A program made the position numbers and the translations under genes. Below the pieces are notes generated by a model that did no database searches, was not told the origin of the DNA, and saw only the letters and a program-made list of their open reading frames with translations. DNA of 63,772 bases, the filler included, from Stramenopiles sp. TOSAG23-2 (lineage: Eukaryota): the NCBI GenBank assembly GCA_900128395.1. It is 54 parts of 54 records of this genome, joined end to end, with 100 filler letters (N's around TTAATTAATTAA, not from the genome) between each part and the next. Parts side by side here need not be neighbours in the genome. Positions count along the whole stretch, not along the records: positions 23,743 to 24,827 come from LT653774.1; positions 24,928 to 26,011 come from LT653775.1; positions 26,112 to 27,195 come from LT653776.1; positions 27,296 to 28,379 come from LT653777.1; positions 28,480 to 29,562 come from LT653778.1; positions 29,663 to 30,745 come from LT653779.1; positions 30,846 to 31,928 come from LT653780.1; positions 32,029 to 33,110 come from LT653781.1; 46 more parts are not named here. The stretch is one strand, 5' to 3'. Below, one piece after another: positions 23,891 to 36,755 of this stretch (the stretch's first letter is position 1; each line of letters begins with the position of its first letter).

Positions 23891-24273
23891 TTTCTATATT
23901 TTCAAAATTTTTTTTAAAATGGACCTTATTTCACCACATTGCGTGTCGCATCATTTTGGCAACTAACAATAACTTAAAATTGACTCCTTTCTATAACGCT
24001 TATTTAATTAATTAGTACTTGGCACCTTGGTGTAATGGACACATTTCGAGAAAAAGACATGTACATACATGAATATATATATATTTGAATGAATTCTGCG
24101 TGTATAGATGTACCTGGATGTATTATGTCATAAAAACGAAAGAACTACGTATTTGTCTCACTCCTATTATATCGCATAAAACGTTTAATAAAATATTTAT
24201 TTAAAAATCAGGGTGTTTTAGAAAAAGGAGGTATTACATATTTTATTATCTAAAATATCAATATAATATAAAT

Positions 24274-24827
24274 ATGTCATCTTCGGATCCAACATTTACA
24301 CATAATTATGCTTTGTATCTAGCTGCTGGTTATAGAAACGATTTAGATGCAGTGAGACATGCATTGATCCAAGGTAAAATATTGCAAATCTCAAATACAA
24401 ATGAAAAAGGTTATATATTAGTGAATGAAAACATTTGGCCAAAATCATATGAAAAAGATTGGCGTCCATATAAACATTGTGCAATTGATGGATTCGCAGC
24501 ATCCCATCAAGCAGCATTACGTGGATTTAAAGAAGTATTAGAGATTTTATTTACTTATGGTCAATTTTCAGCATTTGCTAAAGATGGAAGAGATTTAAAA
24601 CCTAACGATTATGCCTATGAAGGTGGTCACGATGCTTTGGCAACATGGATATTACAAACGGGGAAAATACAGAAACAAACTAGAAAAATTAATAAATTTA
24701 TTCGTAATACAATAAAACGAAAAGATATCACATTACAAGATTATTTATTAGAAATAGGATATATCCGGAAACATAAAAGTGGCAAAATAATTATAGGTGA
24801 CTCATTGATTGCGATTCATAAAATATG
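24274..24827 (+). CDS. Ankyrin-like protein (3'-partial)
   Basis: ALYLAAG, GFAASHQAALRGFKEVLEIL, KPNDYAYEGGHDALATWI. Confidence 0.6.
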
Positions 24828-24928
24828 NNNNNNNNNNNNNNNNNNNNNNNNNNNNNNNNNNNNNNNNNNNNTTAATTAATTAANNNNNNNNNNNNNNNNN
24901 NNNNNNNNNNNNNNNNNNNNNNNNNNNA

Positions 24929-25406
24929 CATTTTGTACAACATTCCGTACAACAAAATGCAACACATCTAAAGGAGTGTATATTATTTCATATTGTCAGT
25001 ACGTTTAAGTACACTTTTCCTATATAAATTTTGTTGTACCAGAACCCCGGAAGGGAGGTATATTATTTGAGACTTAGCATGGAATACTATTGGAAGAGAG
25101 GTATATTATTTCAAAATTAGGGTTCTGGGACAACAAAATAAAATTATAACTAAGGACAAAGGGTCAATTTAACAATAAATACGTAAAGTAGAGTTAGAGC
25201 TACCACTAAATAGCACTAAGAACTCGAAACCCTAATATTCCTGGTACAACAAAATGAGCTATAACGTAGGAGCATGGGAGATTTTGTTGTACCAGCTGGA
25301 AAGTAGAGTTAGCAAAACAGTGCTATCCCCTTCTGGTCAATAATATACCCCTCTTCCTGGGGACAATTTGTTGTACAACTTTTGTTGTAAAAGAGGTATA
25401 ATATTA
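24929..25406. repeat. Array of two interspersed motifs in both orientations
   Basis: GTACAACAAAAT-like motif about 7 times and GGTATATTATT-like motif about 5 times; inverted pairs at 25028-25047/25120-25139 and 25241-25255/25281-25295. Confidence 0.8.
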
Positions 25407-25473
25407 TGATATCATCATACTTCAATTATGTATGATACTACTTTCGTATTAATACACACATACACACACAATT

Positions 25474-25899
25474 TTATTGATATTGATAAAAATATTGAAA
25501 AAATTGTATTGCTATTGAATTGCCCGTTCCTTCTTTTACAATGTCAAATGGTGTTTTGCCATATTTATCTTTCACATTTACAGCTATTGGATCCATATAC
25601 AGCATATATTTAATTGTTTTAGGATTAAATCTTGCAGCTAAATGCAATGGAAAATCACCTTGAAATTCATGACTTTCATATTTAAATGCTTTTGGGAATG
25701 CATCACCAATATATTTTACAACATTAACTGAAGCACCTAACATAATAGCATAATGTAAAGGCAAATCATGAAATTTACCACCACGTTTTCTAATATTTTT
25801 AGGATTTTTCTTTAATAATATCTCTATCACTTCAACAGTTGTATTTTTCCATCTACTTTTTCTATCATCGTACCACCATGTGATTGATGTTCCATTCAT
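25474..25899 (-). CDS. Small ankyrin-repeat protein
   Basis: LPLHYAI, FPLHLAAR, KDKYGKTPFDIV. Confidence 0.7.
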   Translation of the reverse strand: MNGTSITWWYDDRKSRWKNTTVEVIEILLKKNPKNIRKRGGKFHDLPLHYAIMLGASVNVVKYIGDAFPKAFKYESHEFQGDFPLHLAARFNPKTIKYMLYMDPIAVNVKDKYGKTPFDIVKEGTGNSIAIQFFQYFYQYQ

Positions 25900-26111
25900 T
25901 TTCCATTTCTATGTTGTATTTGTGTATATATATATATATGTATATGTATATGTACGTCCAATGTCTACTTGTATTTTACATATGTGGTGCTATGATATTT
26001 TTTTTACGAAANNNNNNNNNNNNNNNNNNNNNNNNNNNNNNNNNNNNNNNNNNNNTTAATTAATTAANNNNNNNNNNNNNNNNNNNNNNNNNNNNNNNNN
26101 NNNNNNNNNNN

Positions 26112-27195
26112 CCTCCAATACGTGTAACAATTGATTTGGACGATTCATCATAGCAGCACCCAAACCACGATTGCATACAACATCAATTGGACATCCTAAA
26201 TTTAAATCAATAAAATCAACTTGCGTTTCATTTTCAATGACTTGTGATAATTTACCCATGATATCTCGTTTATTTCCTGCTATTTGCACACCAAAAACAT
26301 CTTCAGATTTATGTCTTCGCAATAAAGCCCATTCTGAATTTTGCCCTTTCTTTAACGGAAAGCTTAATGCCATCTCACCACAAGTAATATCAGCTCCAAA
26401 CTCTTTCACTATGCGACGAAAAGGTAAATTCCCTACCGTAGTCAATGGGGCAACATAACATTTACGTTTAAAATCCACTTTTTTCCATTCTTTATCAATC
26501 GTACTTAAACCAACTTGTGGGTGTTGATTATTGATTTTGTTATTGTTACTGTTGCTACTGTTGCTACTATCGTTATTATTATTATCACTATCATTGGTGG
26601 TGGTGATGGAAGAGGTATCACTTTTAAGTTTTTTTACTTCTTTATATGGATATTGATTTCGTCTTAATAAATCACGTATTTCTGTTGTGATTAAATTTAA
26701 ATTTTCTGGTATAGGTAATTTTCCACCTTCTTCCTCCGATCGCACTTTTTGTTTAAAATTATCCCAATCAGAATGATGTGACGCAAAACGACAATTAAAC
26801 CCTTCTGGACAATGGCCATATGTTTCATATAAATAGCATATACTTCCTAAATCAGGAGGTTTTAACTCCCGATATTTTGCAATATCATGGTCATATTTAC
26901 AATCTTTACCAAAATCACATTTTCCAATTTTACAAAATTGTCTACATAAATTATTATTTAAATTACTAGTTTCCAATCCCATTTCTTTCTTAGATCTTGC
27001 TCTATTCATGCCTTTTTTACGTTTAAAATCGCGTTTGCCTGTTTCATTGTTGTTATTATTGCTATTGCCTTGATGTTTGTTGTTATTATTGATGATAATG
27101 CACTGGTGGTCACTATTATTGCTATTATTGCTATTATTATTATTATTATTATTACTACTAGTAGCCGTAGTAGTTTGGCTTATATCGTTTGCTTC
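26112..27195 (-). CDS. DUS3: tRNA-dihydrouridine(47) synthase (partial)
   Basis: Two CCCH fingers; YVAPLTTVGNLPFRRI..GADITCGEMA..SEWALLRRH..FGVQI..DFIDLNLGCPID. Confidence 0.93.
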
Positions 27196-27407
27196 NNNNN
27201 NNNNNNNNNNNNNNNNNNNNNNNNNNNNNNNNNNNNNNNTTAATTAATTAANNNNNNNNNNNNNNNNNNNNNNNNNNNNNNNNNNNNNNNNNNNNTATAT
27301 ATATATAGAATATACTATAATAATACTACAAATAAAAAGAAAAAGGTTCACATCTTATGTGAAACAGTGTATTGCAATAATACTAACAAACGACTGACAA
27401 TAGTAAA

Positions 27408-28016
27408 ATGAGAAATATAATTACAATATTATTATTATTCTTGACAATAATTATAGATGTAACTGCAAAATGTCCAAATAATTATCAAGTTAGTTTTGAA
27501 ACAGATGTGAAAAGCAGCAGTGATCCCACATTTTTAATTTCTGTAAATACGAGTCTCGCGCCACTAGGTGCAGAAAGGTTTTATGAGCTGGTGAATGATG
27601 GATTTTATGACAACAGCGCATTTTTCAGAGTCGTGCCAAAGTTTGTTGTTCAATTTGGTATCTCTGGAAATAAAACAGAGAATGATAAATGGTTACACAA
27701 GGTAATCAAGGATGACCCTGTAATAGGAAGTAACACTGAAGGCACCATTACTTTTGCTACGGCTGGGCCAAATACACGAACATCGCAAGTATTTATTAAT
27801 TATAAAGACAATTCAAGATTGGACAACATGGGATTTGCACCATTTGGTATAGTTGTATCTGGATTCTCAGTTGCTATGAAAATTTTCAATCCTACACCAA
27901 ACTCATCTAACGGTGTATCACAAGATTTGTATGAAAAAAATGGAAACGAATGGATCAAAAAAAATTATCCAGGAATTAATTTTATTACTAAAGCAACAAT
28001 TATGCAGACGGATTAA
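27408..28016 (+). CDS. Secreted cyclophilin-type PPIase (complete)
   Basis: Signal peptide; APLGAERFYELV..FFRVVPKFVVQFGISG..ITFATAGPNTRTSQVFIN..LDNMGFAPFG. Confidence 0.92.
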   Translation: MRNIITILLLFLTIIIDVTAKCPNNYQVSFETDVKSSSDPTFLISVNTSLAPLGAERFYELVNDGFYDNSAFFRVVPKFVVQFGISGNKTENDKWLHKVIKDDPVIGSNTEGTITFATAGPNTRTSQVFINYKDNSRLDNMGFAPFGIVVSGFSVAMKIFNPTPNSSNGVSQDLYEKNGNEWIKKNYPGINFITKATIMQTD

Positions 28017-28172
28017 TGAGAGAGAGAGAGGAGAATTGTTGTGTCTGTGTGCATGGCATAAATGGATCAAAAAAAATTATCCAGGAATTAATTTTATTAC
28101 TAAAGCAACAATTATGCAGACGGATTAATGAGAGAGAGAGAGGAGAATTGTTGTGTCTGTGTGCATGGCATA
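27949..28172. repeat. Exact 112-bp tandem duplication of the cyclophilin 3' end and flank
   Basis: AATGGATCAAAAAAAATTATCC...GCATGGCATA at 27949 and 28061. Confidence 0.9.
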
Positions 28173-28479
28173 ATGTGCTGTCTTAATACATATTCGTAAA
28201 ATATATTATATAATATATATTTGGTGTAAAATATGATAATAAAATTTTGTATCTCTTCTCTATAAGATATGATACTATGACATAGAAATTATGTATGCAT
28301 ATATCATACGAAGTATCCATCATACTGTATTTTTTTAATCATTCTTTTTATCTGGTATCATAGAAATTAATCGATCTGCNNNNNNNNNNNNNNNNNNNNN
28401 NNNNNNNNNNNNNNNNNNNNNNNTTAATTAATTAANNNNNNNNNNNNNNNNNNNNNNNNNNNNNNNNNNNNNNNNNNNN

Positions 28480-29331
28480 ATCTACAACATTGTTATTATT
28501 ACTATTATTATTATTACTACTACTACTATCCCCACCGCCGCCACTACCATCATCTTCAACACACATTGTAGTTGAATTATATGAAAGTAAAGATACAGAT
28601 TCAGCATGATTTTTTATAACTAATTTTGATATGCCAATTAATGATTCAGAAGCAGCTTGCATCGACTCACTGGCAATGTGCTTATGACGCAATGGCGCGT
28701 AAACGAAGGATAAAGGATTTTTTAATTGCGCAAAGATAAAATCAATATCTTTTTTATTTAATATCTTCTCATCAATGAAACCAACTAATATTCGTAGTGA
28801 ATCAATTGCAAATAGTTGTACAACATCCGATTTTTTCCTAGCATTGCGTACAGTATTCACTAAATCGTCCTTTAAATCTTTGCATAAAGCCAAAACATCA
28901 GATGCACGATCCACGCACAATCGTAATGCTAAAATATAAGGTGCAAATGATTTTTCATCCTTAGCTTTCTTTGCAGAACTTACTAAGCTTATAATTTCTT
29001 TTTTAGTCAAATCATTATCAGAACCTAACGACATAGCTGCTAACGATAACCAATGCCCCTTTGCTTCTATCACTTTCGCTAGAGTTTTCTTATCTGATTG
29101 AACTTTTTTCAATAATAAATTCAACGCGTTTAATGCAATAGACAATACATTTTCAACGGTGCTTTTACCTTTATTTTCAACTTGTAAACGTAAAGATATT
29201 AATGCCGATAAAAAATTATTTTTTTGCGCATCTGATAATAATGGTGCGGAGGTAAACGTAGCAGATAATGGTGTAAAATCCTTCGATGTGACTGCTGCAT
29301 CCACTGCACTTTGTAATGTCGATGTTGGCAT
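28480..29331 (-). CDS. Unknown alpha-helical protein, N-terminus
   Basis: ATG after an AT-rich leader; about 280 codons open to the contig edge. Confidence 0.6.
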
Positions 29332-29710
29332 TATTCTTCTTGTTTAAAAATATAATACTTCTATATACAGTATATATGTATATTGTAAACTATTCTGTTT
29401 TTTTTTCTCTTTTTCAAATACTTTTGTACAGTGTATGTAAATGAGGTCTTTCTGTCGCAGCTATTATAATTATCTGAAATATAATTATTCATTCGAATTG
29501 CGTCGAATATAATTGTGTGGCTCCATCGGCGGCAGCATTTTGCTCCATACTGGCTTCCAGGCNNNNNNNNNNNNNNNNNNNNNNNNNNNNNNNNNNNNNN
29601 NNNNNNTTAATTAATTAANNNNNNNNNNNNNNNNNNNNNNNNNNNNNNNNNNNNNNNNNNNNTTGATGAAGATACGGAAAAAGTGAATTATTTAGATTTT
29701 TACGATGAAG

Positions 29711-29875
29711 CGACATCTGATCAGAGGTAGGTGGATGTAGTCGACAATCTGAACAGAGGTAGGTGGATGTAGTCGACAATCTGAACAGAGGTATAGCTAT
29801 GTATATATAGATGGAGTCGAAGACGTATGTTGTGACAATTTGACCAGAGAGGTATAGGTGGAGTCGAAGACGTAT
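29711..29875. repeat. 32-bp minisatellite with degenerate copies
   Basis: CAGAGGTAGGTGGATGTAGTCGACAATCTGAA at 29722 and 29754, partial at 29786, degenerate afterwards. Confidence 0.85.
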
Positions 29876-30275
29876 ATCATAGTATGTTATATTGTTGTAT
29901 CATATCATAAATATATGTGATGTGATAAAAAAAACATGATATTTTGGTAAATAAAAACAAAAATTGTGAGTGTGTATTGGGTGTTGTATATACTCATAGT
30001 GTTGATCGTGGTGTGTTGTAAACTGTCATGGACAGGCAAGTTGCAAAAGAAGAGACTAGAAGTACGTGATATATTAGTAGAGAGAGAGAGATTTGGTCAT
30101 TGTATGATTATTTTGGATGAGATTTGTGAGAATTGTGAAAGAGAGTAAAAATATGCATCATATATATATGATAATTTATAAAGTTTTAAAATATGAAACA
30201 ATACACGTTTAACAATGACAACAAAACCTTCTTTTCTGTACACACACACTCAATAATTTCGTTTTTTTAATCATT

Positions 30276-30745
30276 TCAATCACCATTACCTTCTCCTACA
30301 TTTCTACCATTTTCATCATAATAATTTGCTTTTCCACCTTTTGAACGTAAAAGTGCAATGATCTCTTGGAGAATTGGATTGCGATTATTACTATATGCAA
30401 AGTCCAGGGGAGTGAATCCCCACCTGTTCTTCTTATTAATGCTATTAAGAGACATATGAGTTAATAACAATTCAATCGACTCAGTAGTTGTTCTGTTATA
30501 ACGTGCTGCAAAATGTAATGCATTATATCCATCACTACTTGCAATATTAGGATCAGCTTCACCTTGTTCAATCAAATATTTAACTAGTTGGAAATGTTTG
30601 TTCAATGCAGCTGCCATTAAAGGTGTACATTCAAAACCAGAACTATTTTTACCGACTTGACTCACCATATCTTTCAATGTCATATCATCTCTGTAGCCAT
30701 TCACATCACGATTAGTAATATACTTGTGAAAAGGATGAAGATTCA
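30276..30745 (-). CDS. Ankyrin-repeat protein of the KGGKAN-tail family (5'-partial)
   Basis: Close paralog of 15902-16530; the tail is shortened by a TTA-to-TGA change (GD*ND*). Confidence 0.9.
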
Positions 30746-31390
30746 NNNNNNNNNNNNNNNNNNNNNNNNNNNNNNNNNNNNNNNNNNNNTTAATTAATTA
30801 ANNNNNNNNNNNNNNNNNNNNNNNNNNNNNNNNNNNNNNNNNNNNAAACGGCCTTTTTTTGAGATAAAGTTAGATGCTATTTTCATACTATACTATAAAT
30901 AAGGTTTTGCATCGATCGAAATGTAGAAAAATATGATGAAGAAAGAGTATTCGGCTCACATGGAACTTAAATATTAGGTGCGTGTGAGATGAAACCACAG
31001 TGAAACACAGTGAAACAGAAAATATTCAGTTTTTGAAAAACAAAAACGTTGTGTGTATCATATGAAATGCTACTTTTGTGAACTGTGTGAAAATATTCTT
31101 CTTCAGGGTACGTTTTAAATAAACGTGTGTGATTGTGCGTAATATCTTTTTTGCTAAAAGGGTGAAATATGACGAAAGCCCCTACATAAGTACGAGTAGT
31201 ATCATAGTAGAATTGAGTGTGAAATATGACGAAAGCCCCCTACATAAGTAGTAGTGGTATTCTTGTATTATTTAATCCACACATAAAAAGTTGTTTTTAA
31301 GAGATTCGAAGTTCTTTTTAAAATCAATCTATTTATACACTCCTTCATCTTTTTCTTTGTACCGATGCGTATACCTCCTCCTTCTTTTTT

Positions 31391-31928
31391 TCAATCTTCC
31401 CCTTCATATACTTCCTTTCCAGCATCATTTGGTTTACTTTTCCCAGTGATAATTTTGTATAAAATACGTAACATTAATCCATACCAAAATAAATGCAAAC
31501 ATGTTAGCAAACATAGAAGCATACCACCAGTATAACAACTACCTAATTTCTTACAAGCTTCAACACGTAAAAAGAAATCATCTTCTTCCACTGGACCGCA
31601 ATATTTTGTATATCCATTAAATGATCCACCCCAAATAACATTCACTGGAAAATAATAAAGTCTTAAATATGGCCATACTGCAACGATATTCAATGCAAAG
31701 ACTGTTTCAACAATATAAAATCCATGTGAATCTTCAAGTTTTAAATAATTACATAATTTCATTAAATCTAAAACGATATCACTAAAATCATGTATGAATA
31801 ATATAACTAGTCCTACATTGTGTTCTTCATATAAAAACGACGCACTAACTAAACAAATTGTTGCTACGTGATGGGTCATCATTTCAACATAATCTTTACG
31901 CCTAGATTCAAGCCATTTACAACTAAAT
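31391..31928 (-). CDS. Ceramide synthase (TLC/Lag1 domain), C-terminal part
   Basis: RRKDYVEMMTHHVATICLV..GLVILFIHDFSDI..LHLFW. Confidence 0.9.
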
Positions 31929-32704
31929 NNNNNNNNNNNNNNNNNNNNNNNNNNNNNNNNNNNNNNNNNNNNTTAATTAATTAANNNNNNNNNNNNNNNN
32001 NNNNNNNNNNNNNNNNNNNNNNNNNNNNATTACGTGTGATCAACATGATGGTATATAAAATGAAATATATACAATTTGATATTGTGTTGAATAAATTTTT
32101 GTATATATTAATATTGATGAAATTAATAATTTGTATCAATTATGTATGTATATCTACATATTTTTTATATTTGTTTTTGTATTTATTATGTACACATACA
32201 GTATCTTATTTAATTTTACCAAGGTGGTATAATTATTTATTATTTTTTTTGCATCATTTTTTCAATTTTTTCTCTCTGGCCAGCTGGGCCAGCCCACACA
32301 CACAGGGCCAGTATAATAGCACAGTACATCATTACAAATCATACACATGGCGGGCTGGCGGCTCCAATCCATGCAGTATTATAATACACAGTACTAGTAC
32401 ACAGTACACATCTCATATCTCCTCAATCCTCAATATAATAAAATCATTACATCATTACCCATATATCTAGAATATAATATATATATTAATATATGAGAAA
32501 GACAATCATTTACGTGATGTTACATGTGATTTATTAACATTATATATATACTGCATTGACATGACAAATTGGTCATAGAACCATCTCTATTAAGATTCAG
32601 TCCGAGCATTCTATATATATATATATTATATACATATAGTATAATTAATATATATATTTATATATACATATATCAGTCGTATATTTCGTAAAAAAATTAG
32701 TACT

Positions 32705-32929
32705 ATGTACAAGCAATTCCAATTTAAAATATATTTATTAGTACATATATTAGCAACGGTATTGGCATCGACGTCAAATACAACACAAAATGCAAAAGCA
32801 AAAATTGAAGAAAGTCCTGAAGATGTGACAGGACTATATATAATGTATGGTGGTATTGCTTTAGGCTTCATCTGTTTGTGTACAATTACCTATGGTTGTG
32901 TGAACCGTTTTGTTTTCAATGGGAAATGA
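32705..32929 (+). CDS. Putative small single-pass membrane protein (74 aa)
   Basis: Signal-like N-terminus, polar spacer, TM helix LYIMYGGIALGFICLCTITYGCV, short tail. Confidence 0.5.
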   Translation: MYKQFQFKIYLLVHILATVLASTSNTTQNAKAKIEESPEDVTGLYIMYGGIALGFICLCTITYGCVNRFVFNGK

Positions 32930-33213
32930 ATAAATAATAAGTTTTGCGGCACATAAAATCCATATTTTTAAAGTATTGTATCCACCAAAAAGGTAAATAT
33001 TAGCGATAACACTCAATTAATTCTTTGAGATTATGATCCATCATATTTTTTCAAAATATTCAATTTTTAAAAAAAGAGAGAGAAGAGATTTTACATAATT
33101 ATACATATACNNNNNNNNNNNNNNNNNNNNNNNNNNNNNNNNNNNNNNNNNNNNTTAATTAATTAANNNNNNNNNNNNNNNNNNNNNNNNNNNNNNNNNN
33201 NNNNNNNNNNTTC

Positions 33214-34292
33214 TTAAACAATAGCAAAGCTTGGTACATCTGCCAAACCACACGTATTGTTACCCATTGCAAGATACATAAAGCCTCCATTCCCCCATGT
33301 TGTATCCCATGAATTTCGTACAATCCAATATGGTTCTTCCACATTTTTATTATATCCCACTAATTGTACACAATGGTCCAAAGATCCATGATCATTTCCA
33401 CCACAATGCGTTCCTGACATGATCCCACTTTTATAATAGATCCATTGCCTTGCATTGACACAAATTGCTAACGGTCCTTTTGTTGCTATATATTGCATTA
33501 CACCATCCTCGTCTTGATTATCACAATTGTCCCATGGTAAAACACAAGGTTTAATGGCAAACGAAAAATTTTTAATTTTACCACCAACATTTGGAATATC
33601 TTTTTTACATGTACTTTCCTTTCCGGTCTTACCACTAGTATATGGATACGATGCTTCACTAGCTAATCCACCATTTTCTTCAATAAATCTATACCCGCTC
33701 CCACCGCCAGAATATGCACCACCACAACCATATGCACCTGATGAATCACAATCGATTACTTGCTGTGTTGAAAATTCAAGAACAACTGTATTATTATTAG
33801 TATTAATAGTATTACCTTTCGATAAAAACCAATCAGATTCAACTTGCTCGACACATGAAAATGCCCAACAAGAACCACATTGACCTTGATTACGAATAGG
33901 TGTTGTTGCTTTTAAATACCAGTTCTTTTCTTTTGGCAATGAAGTTTCTTTCAATTTGTCATTATTATTATAATCGTCATTAGCACGTACATTATTTATA
34001 CTTTTTAAATGTTGTTTCAAGAAATTATTTTCAATTAAATAAAATTGTTTAAATTCTTCTTTCGTTAAATCAGCAAATTTATTAATTTCAAATAATGGTC
34101 CTCCATTTTTTGATCCATCGGACATGGCATTTAATCGTTCAATTTCCATTGTATTCGCTTCGAATATTTGTCTTCTATGATATAATTCAGCTTCATTTTC
34201 ATATGTTTTCTCATATTTTATAATAAAGTCATTAAAACGTTGATGATTATTAATAAATGTATTAGCGTTTATAACAACATTATTGAATATCA
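33214..34292 (-). CDS. Papain-family (C1A) cysteine protease with I29 propeptide
   Basis: ERFNIN-like propeptide, NKFADLT, QGQCGSCWAF, LDHCVQLVGY, YWIVRNSW. Confidence 0.96.
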
Positions 34293-34415
34293 NNNNNNNN
34301 NNNNNNNNNNNNNNNNNNNNNNNNNNNNNNNNNNNNTTAATTAATTAANNNNNNNNNNNNNNNNNNNNNNNNNNNNNNNNNNNNNNNNNNNNATCGTAAT
34401 TTTAATACGAATATT

Positions 34416-34488
34416 TTAAAAGCTAATATTATGTGTGACTAAATAACACTCTTCTTCTTTTAAAATTAAAATTTTACAAATTTTACAT

Positions 34489-34527
<39 letters not shown>

Positions 34528-35303
34528 TCAAACCTGACTATATCAAAAGTTACTTCAACAAAGCTCAAAATGACCATAATGACAAATATTGATGTGTAAT
34601 ATACATTACTAAACCGTTTATATGGCACTATAAGTGTATCTTGAAAGACTAATAATAATACAATCCCAACAAAACTTAAACCTCGTATAATTATATGATA
34701 TTCATGGTAATGTATAACATAAATAATATCTGTTGTCAATCGTAATATACACAACAGTAAAATTTTATACGTCCGGAATTGTCGAAAAAGTATCTCTAAT
34801 ATTGTTTTTGACATTTTAGAAATATACCATGCTAGAAATAAATTGATATAAAATGCAATTGTCAATAAAAACAATATAATATATATCCATACATGTTTAT
34901 TTTGTCCACCAAAACGTGTTCTTAAAATACGTTCTAAAATTAATAAAATACAATATGGAATGGTTGCTATGCGTAAAATAAACTCATTTTGATGGAATTT
35001 GCGTGCTTTTTCTTTTAATTTTTTAGCATTTCGTGTTGCATATTTTTTAATTTTTATGTCTTCTATTGATAATGATGTTGATACTTTAAAACCATCAGGC
35101 GGCTCATCTTCTTGCTTTTTCCCTTTATTTTCCTCTTCTAGTACGATCAATGTAGGTGACTCAATTTTATCATCATCAAATTTTGATCTTCTTATTAATG
35201 GATGATCATTTTCAATCTCATAAATGATATTATTAATTATATCTTGAATGATATCATTTGTTATGATCATCTCGTCTATATCAGTTTCATTTTTTTCATC
35301 CAT
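34416..35303 (-). CDS. Multi-pass membrane protein of unknown function
   Basis: About five hydrophobic helices; the 3' end runs through a (GA)n tract, so the true end is uncertain. Confidence 0.55.
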
Positions 35304-35574
35304 CGTTAGATACTGGTATGTATAATAATATATCTATTTGTCTATATATATCCAATATCAATCTTGAAAGGAGCACAATACATACAAGCAATCTATAAGT
35401 ATTCTCTCTTTATATATCTAAAATGCAATGAATTGTTTCAACCATTCACTCTCTCATATATATATTAATTTATGNNNNNNNNNNNNNNNNNNNNNNNNNN
35501 NNNNNNNNNNNNNNNNNNTTAATTAATTAANNNNNNNNNNNNNNNNNNNNNNNNNNNNNNNNNNNNNNNNNNNN

Positions 35575-35880
35575 TCAAGACGTGGTGTATTATATTTCAC
35601 ATTTAAAGAGCCTGATTTGAAACCAATGGAAGTACATGTATATAAAGCGACAAAAATATCTGGAGACATTGTAGAGTCTGACGAGATGAGACCCTTTTGG
35701 CATGATTTAAATGAACCAATTCCTTATGATAAAATGTGGGCTGATGATATTTATTGGTATCCATCGTTTTTAAATGATAAAAAATTTATTGGAAAATATG
35801 GATTTATAGATACAACAAACTTAGTAACAAACGAATTGGAAATTATAGATACCTTGCCAGTTGTAGAAGGTGCAGAGTAA
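35575..35880 (+). CDS. NUDT1: NUDT1/MTH1 oxidised-purine triphosphatase, C-terminal half
   Basis: MEVHVY..ESDEMRPFW..IPYDKMWADDIYWYP. Confidence 0.85.
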   Translation, partial: SRRGVLYFTFKEPDLKPMEVHVYKATKISGDIVESDEMRPFWHDLNEPIPYDKMWADDIYWYPSFLNDKKFIGKYGFIDTTNLVTNELEIIDTLPVVEGAE

Positions 35881-35938
35881 AACGCATGTAAATGAAAGTT
35901 ATATGGCATATAATATATATCATATCATTTTAGGGGTT

Positions 35939-36606
35939 TTACTCGACATAACCTTCTGGGACTTCCCAACTAGTTTCAAATGTTTCTTTATTTTGATAAT
36001 AATATGAACCAGATTCTTCATCTAAAATTTTATCCCATAATAAATCATTAATTGTTGATTTGTTGTCACCTCCTGTTGTAGTTGGTTCGTCTTGTTGTTG
36101 TTGTTGATCAATAATGGATGTTTCACCTTCAATAATAATATAACCTTCAGGTACTTCCCAACTAGTTTCAAATGTTTCTTTATTTTGATAATAATATGAA
36201 CCAGATTCTTCATCTAAAATTTTATCCCATAAATCATTCACTTTTTTATCATCTGTTATCACGTCTTCTTGCTCGCCAGATCTAGAAGCACTTTCCATTG
36301 GTATCTCTAATGCTTCTTCTTCTTTTTCCACAACTTTTTGTTGACGTTTAAATTGAGTTGCCACTGATATTGCAACAGAACCTTGTTTTAAGAACCATTC
36401 TTCAAATTCATCTGTTTCAATTGTACCATCACTATTGATATCAATATCGCTCATGACCGCATCGACTTCATCGCTGTTTAATCCCATATTTAATACACTC
36501 TCAAATGCTCTTCCTAAGCAATCACGATCTATTTCACCTTTGTTATCTATATCAATTGCAATAAATATTTTTTCTGATAATTCTTTTAATTTCTTCTTTG
36601 TTTTTT
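35939..36606 (-). CDS. EF-hand pair + two WW domains (5'-truncated)
   Basis: DIDNKGEIDRDCL and DINSDGTIETDEF; WDKILDEESGSYYYQNKETFETSWEVP twice, 192 bp apart. Confidence 0.85.
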
Positions 36607-36655
36607 TCAATGGTTTCGGTGGAAAAGTGGAACCCGGTGAAACAATATTAGCAAC
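36607..36655 (+). other. NUDT1: Displaced NUDT1 Nudix-box fragment (chimeric junction)
   Basis: NGFGGKVEPGETIL lies downstream of its own C-terminal half. Confidence 0.75.
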
Positions 36656-36755
36656 NNNNNNNNNNNNNNNNNNNNNNNNNNNNNNNNNNNNNNNNNNNNT
36701 TAATTAATTAANNNNNNNNNNNNNNNNNNNNNNNNNNNNNNNNNNNNNNNNNNNN

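Noticed and set aside
27949-28172. Duplicated cyclophilin 3' end as an alternative terminal exon
   Set aside because: The copies are identical, there are no splice signals, and the first copy already contains the stop; it is a recent duplication or an assembly echo.
29711-29875. 32-bp repeats as a CRISPR array
   Set aside because: The copies are head-to-tail without unique spacers, there are no cas genes, and the context is eukaryotic.
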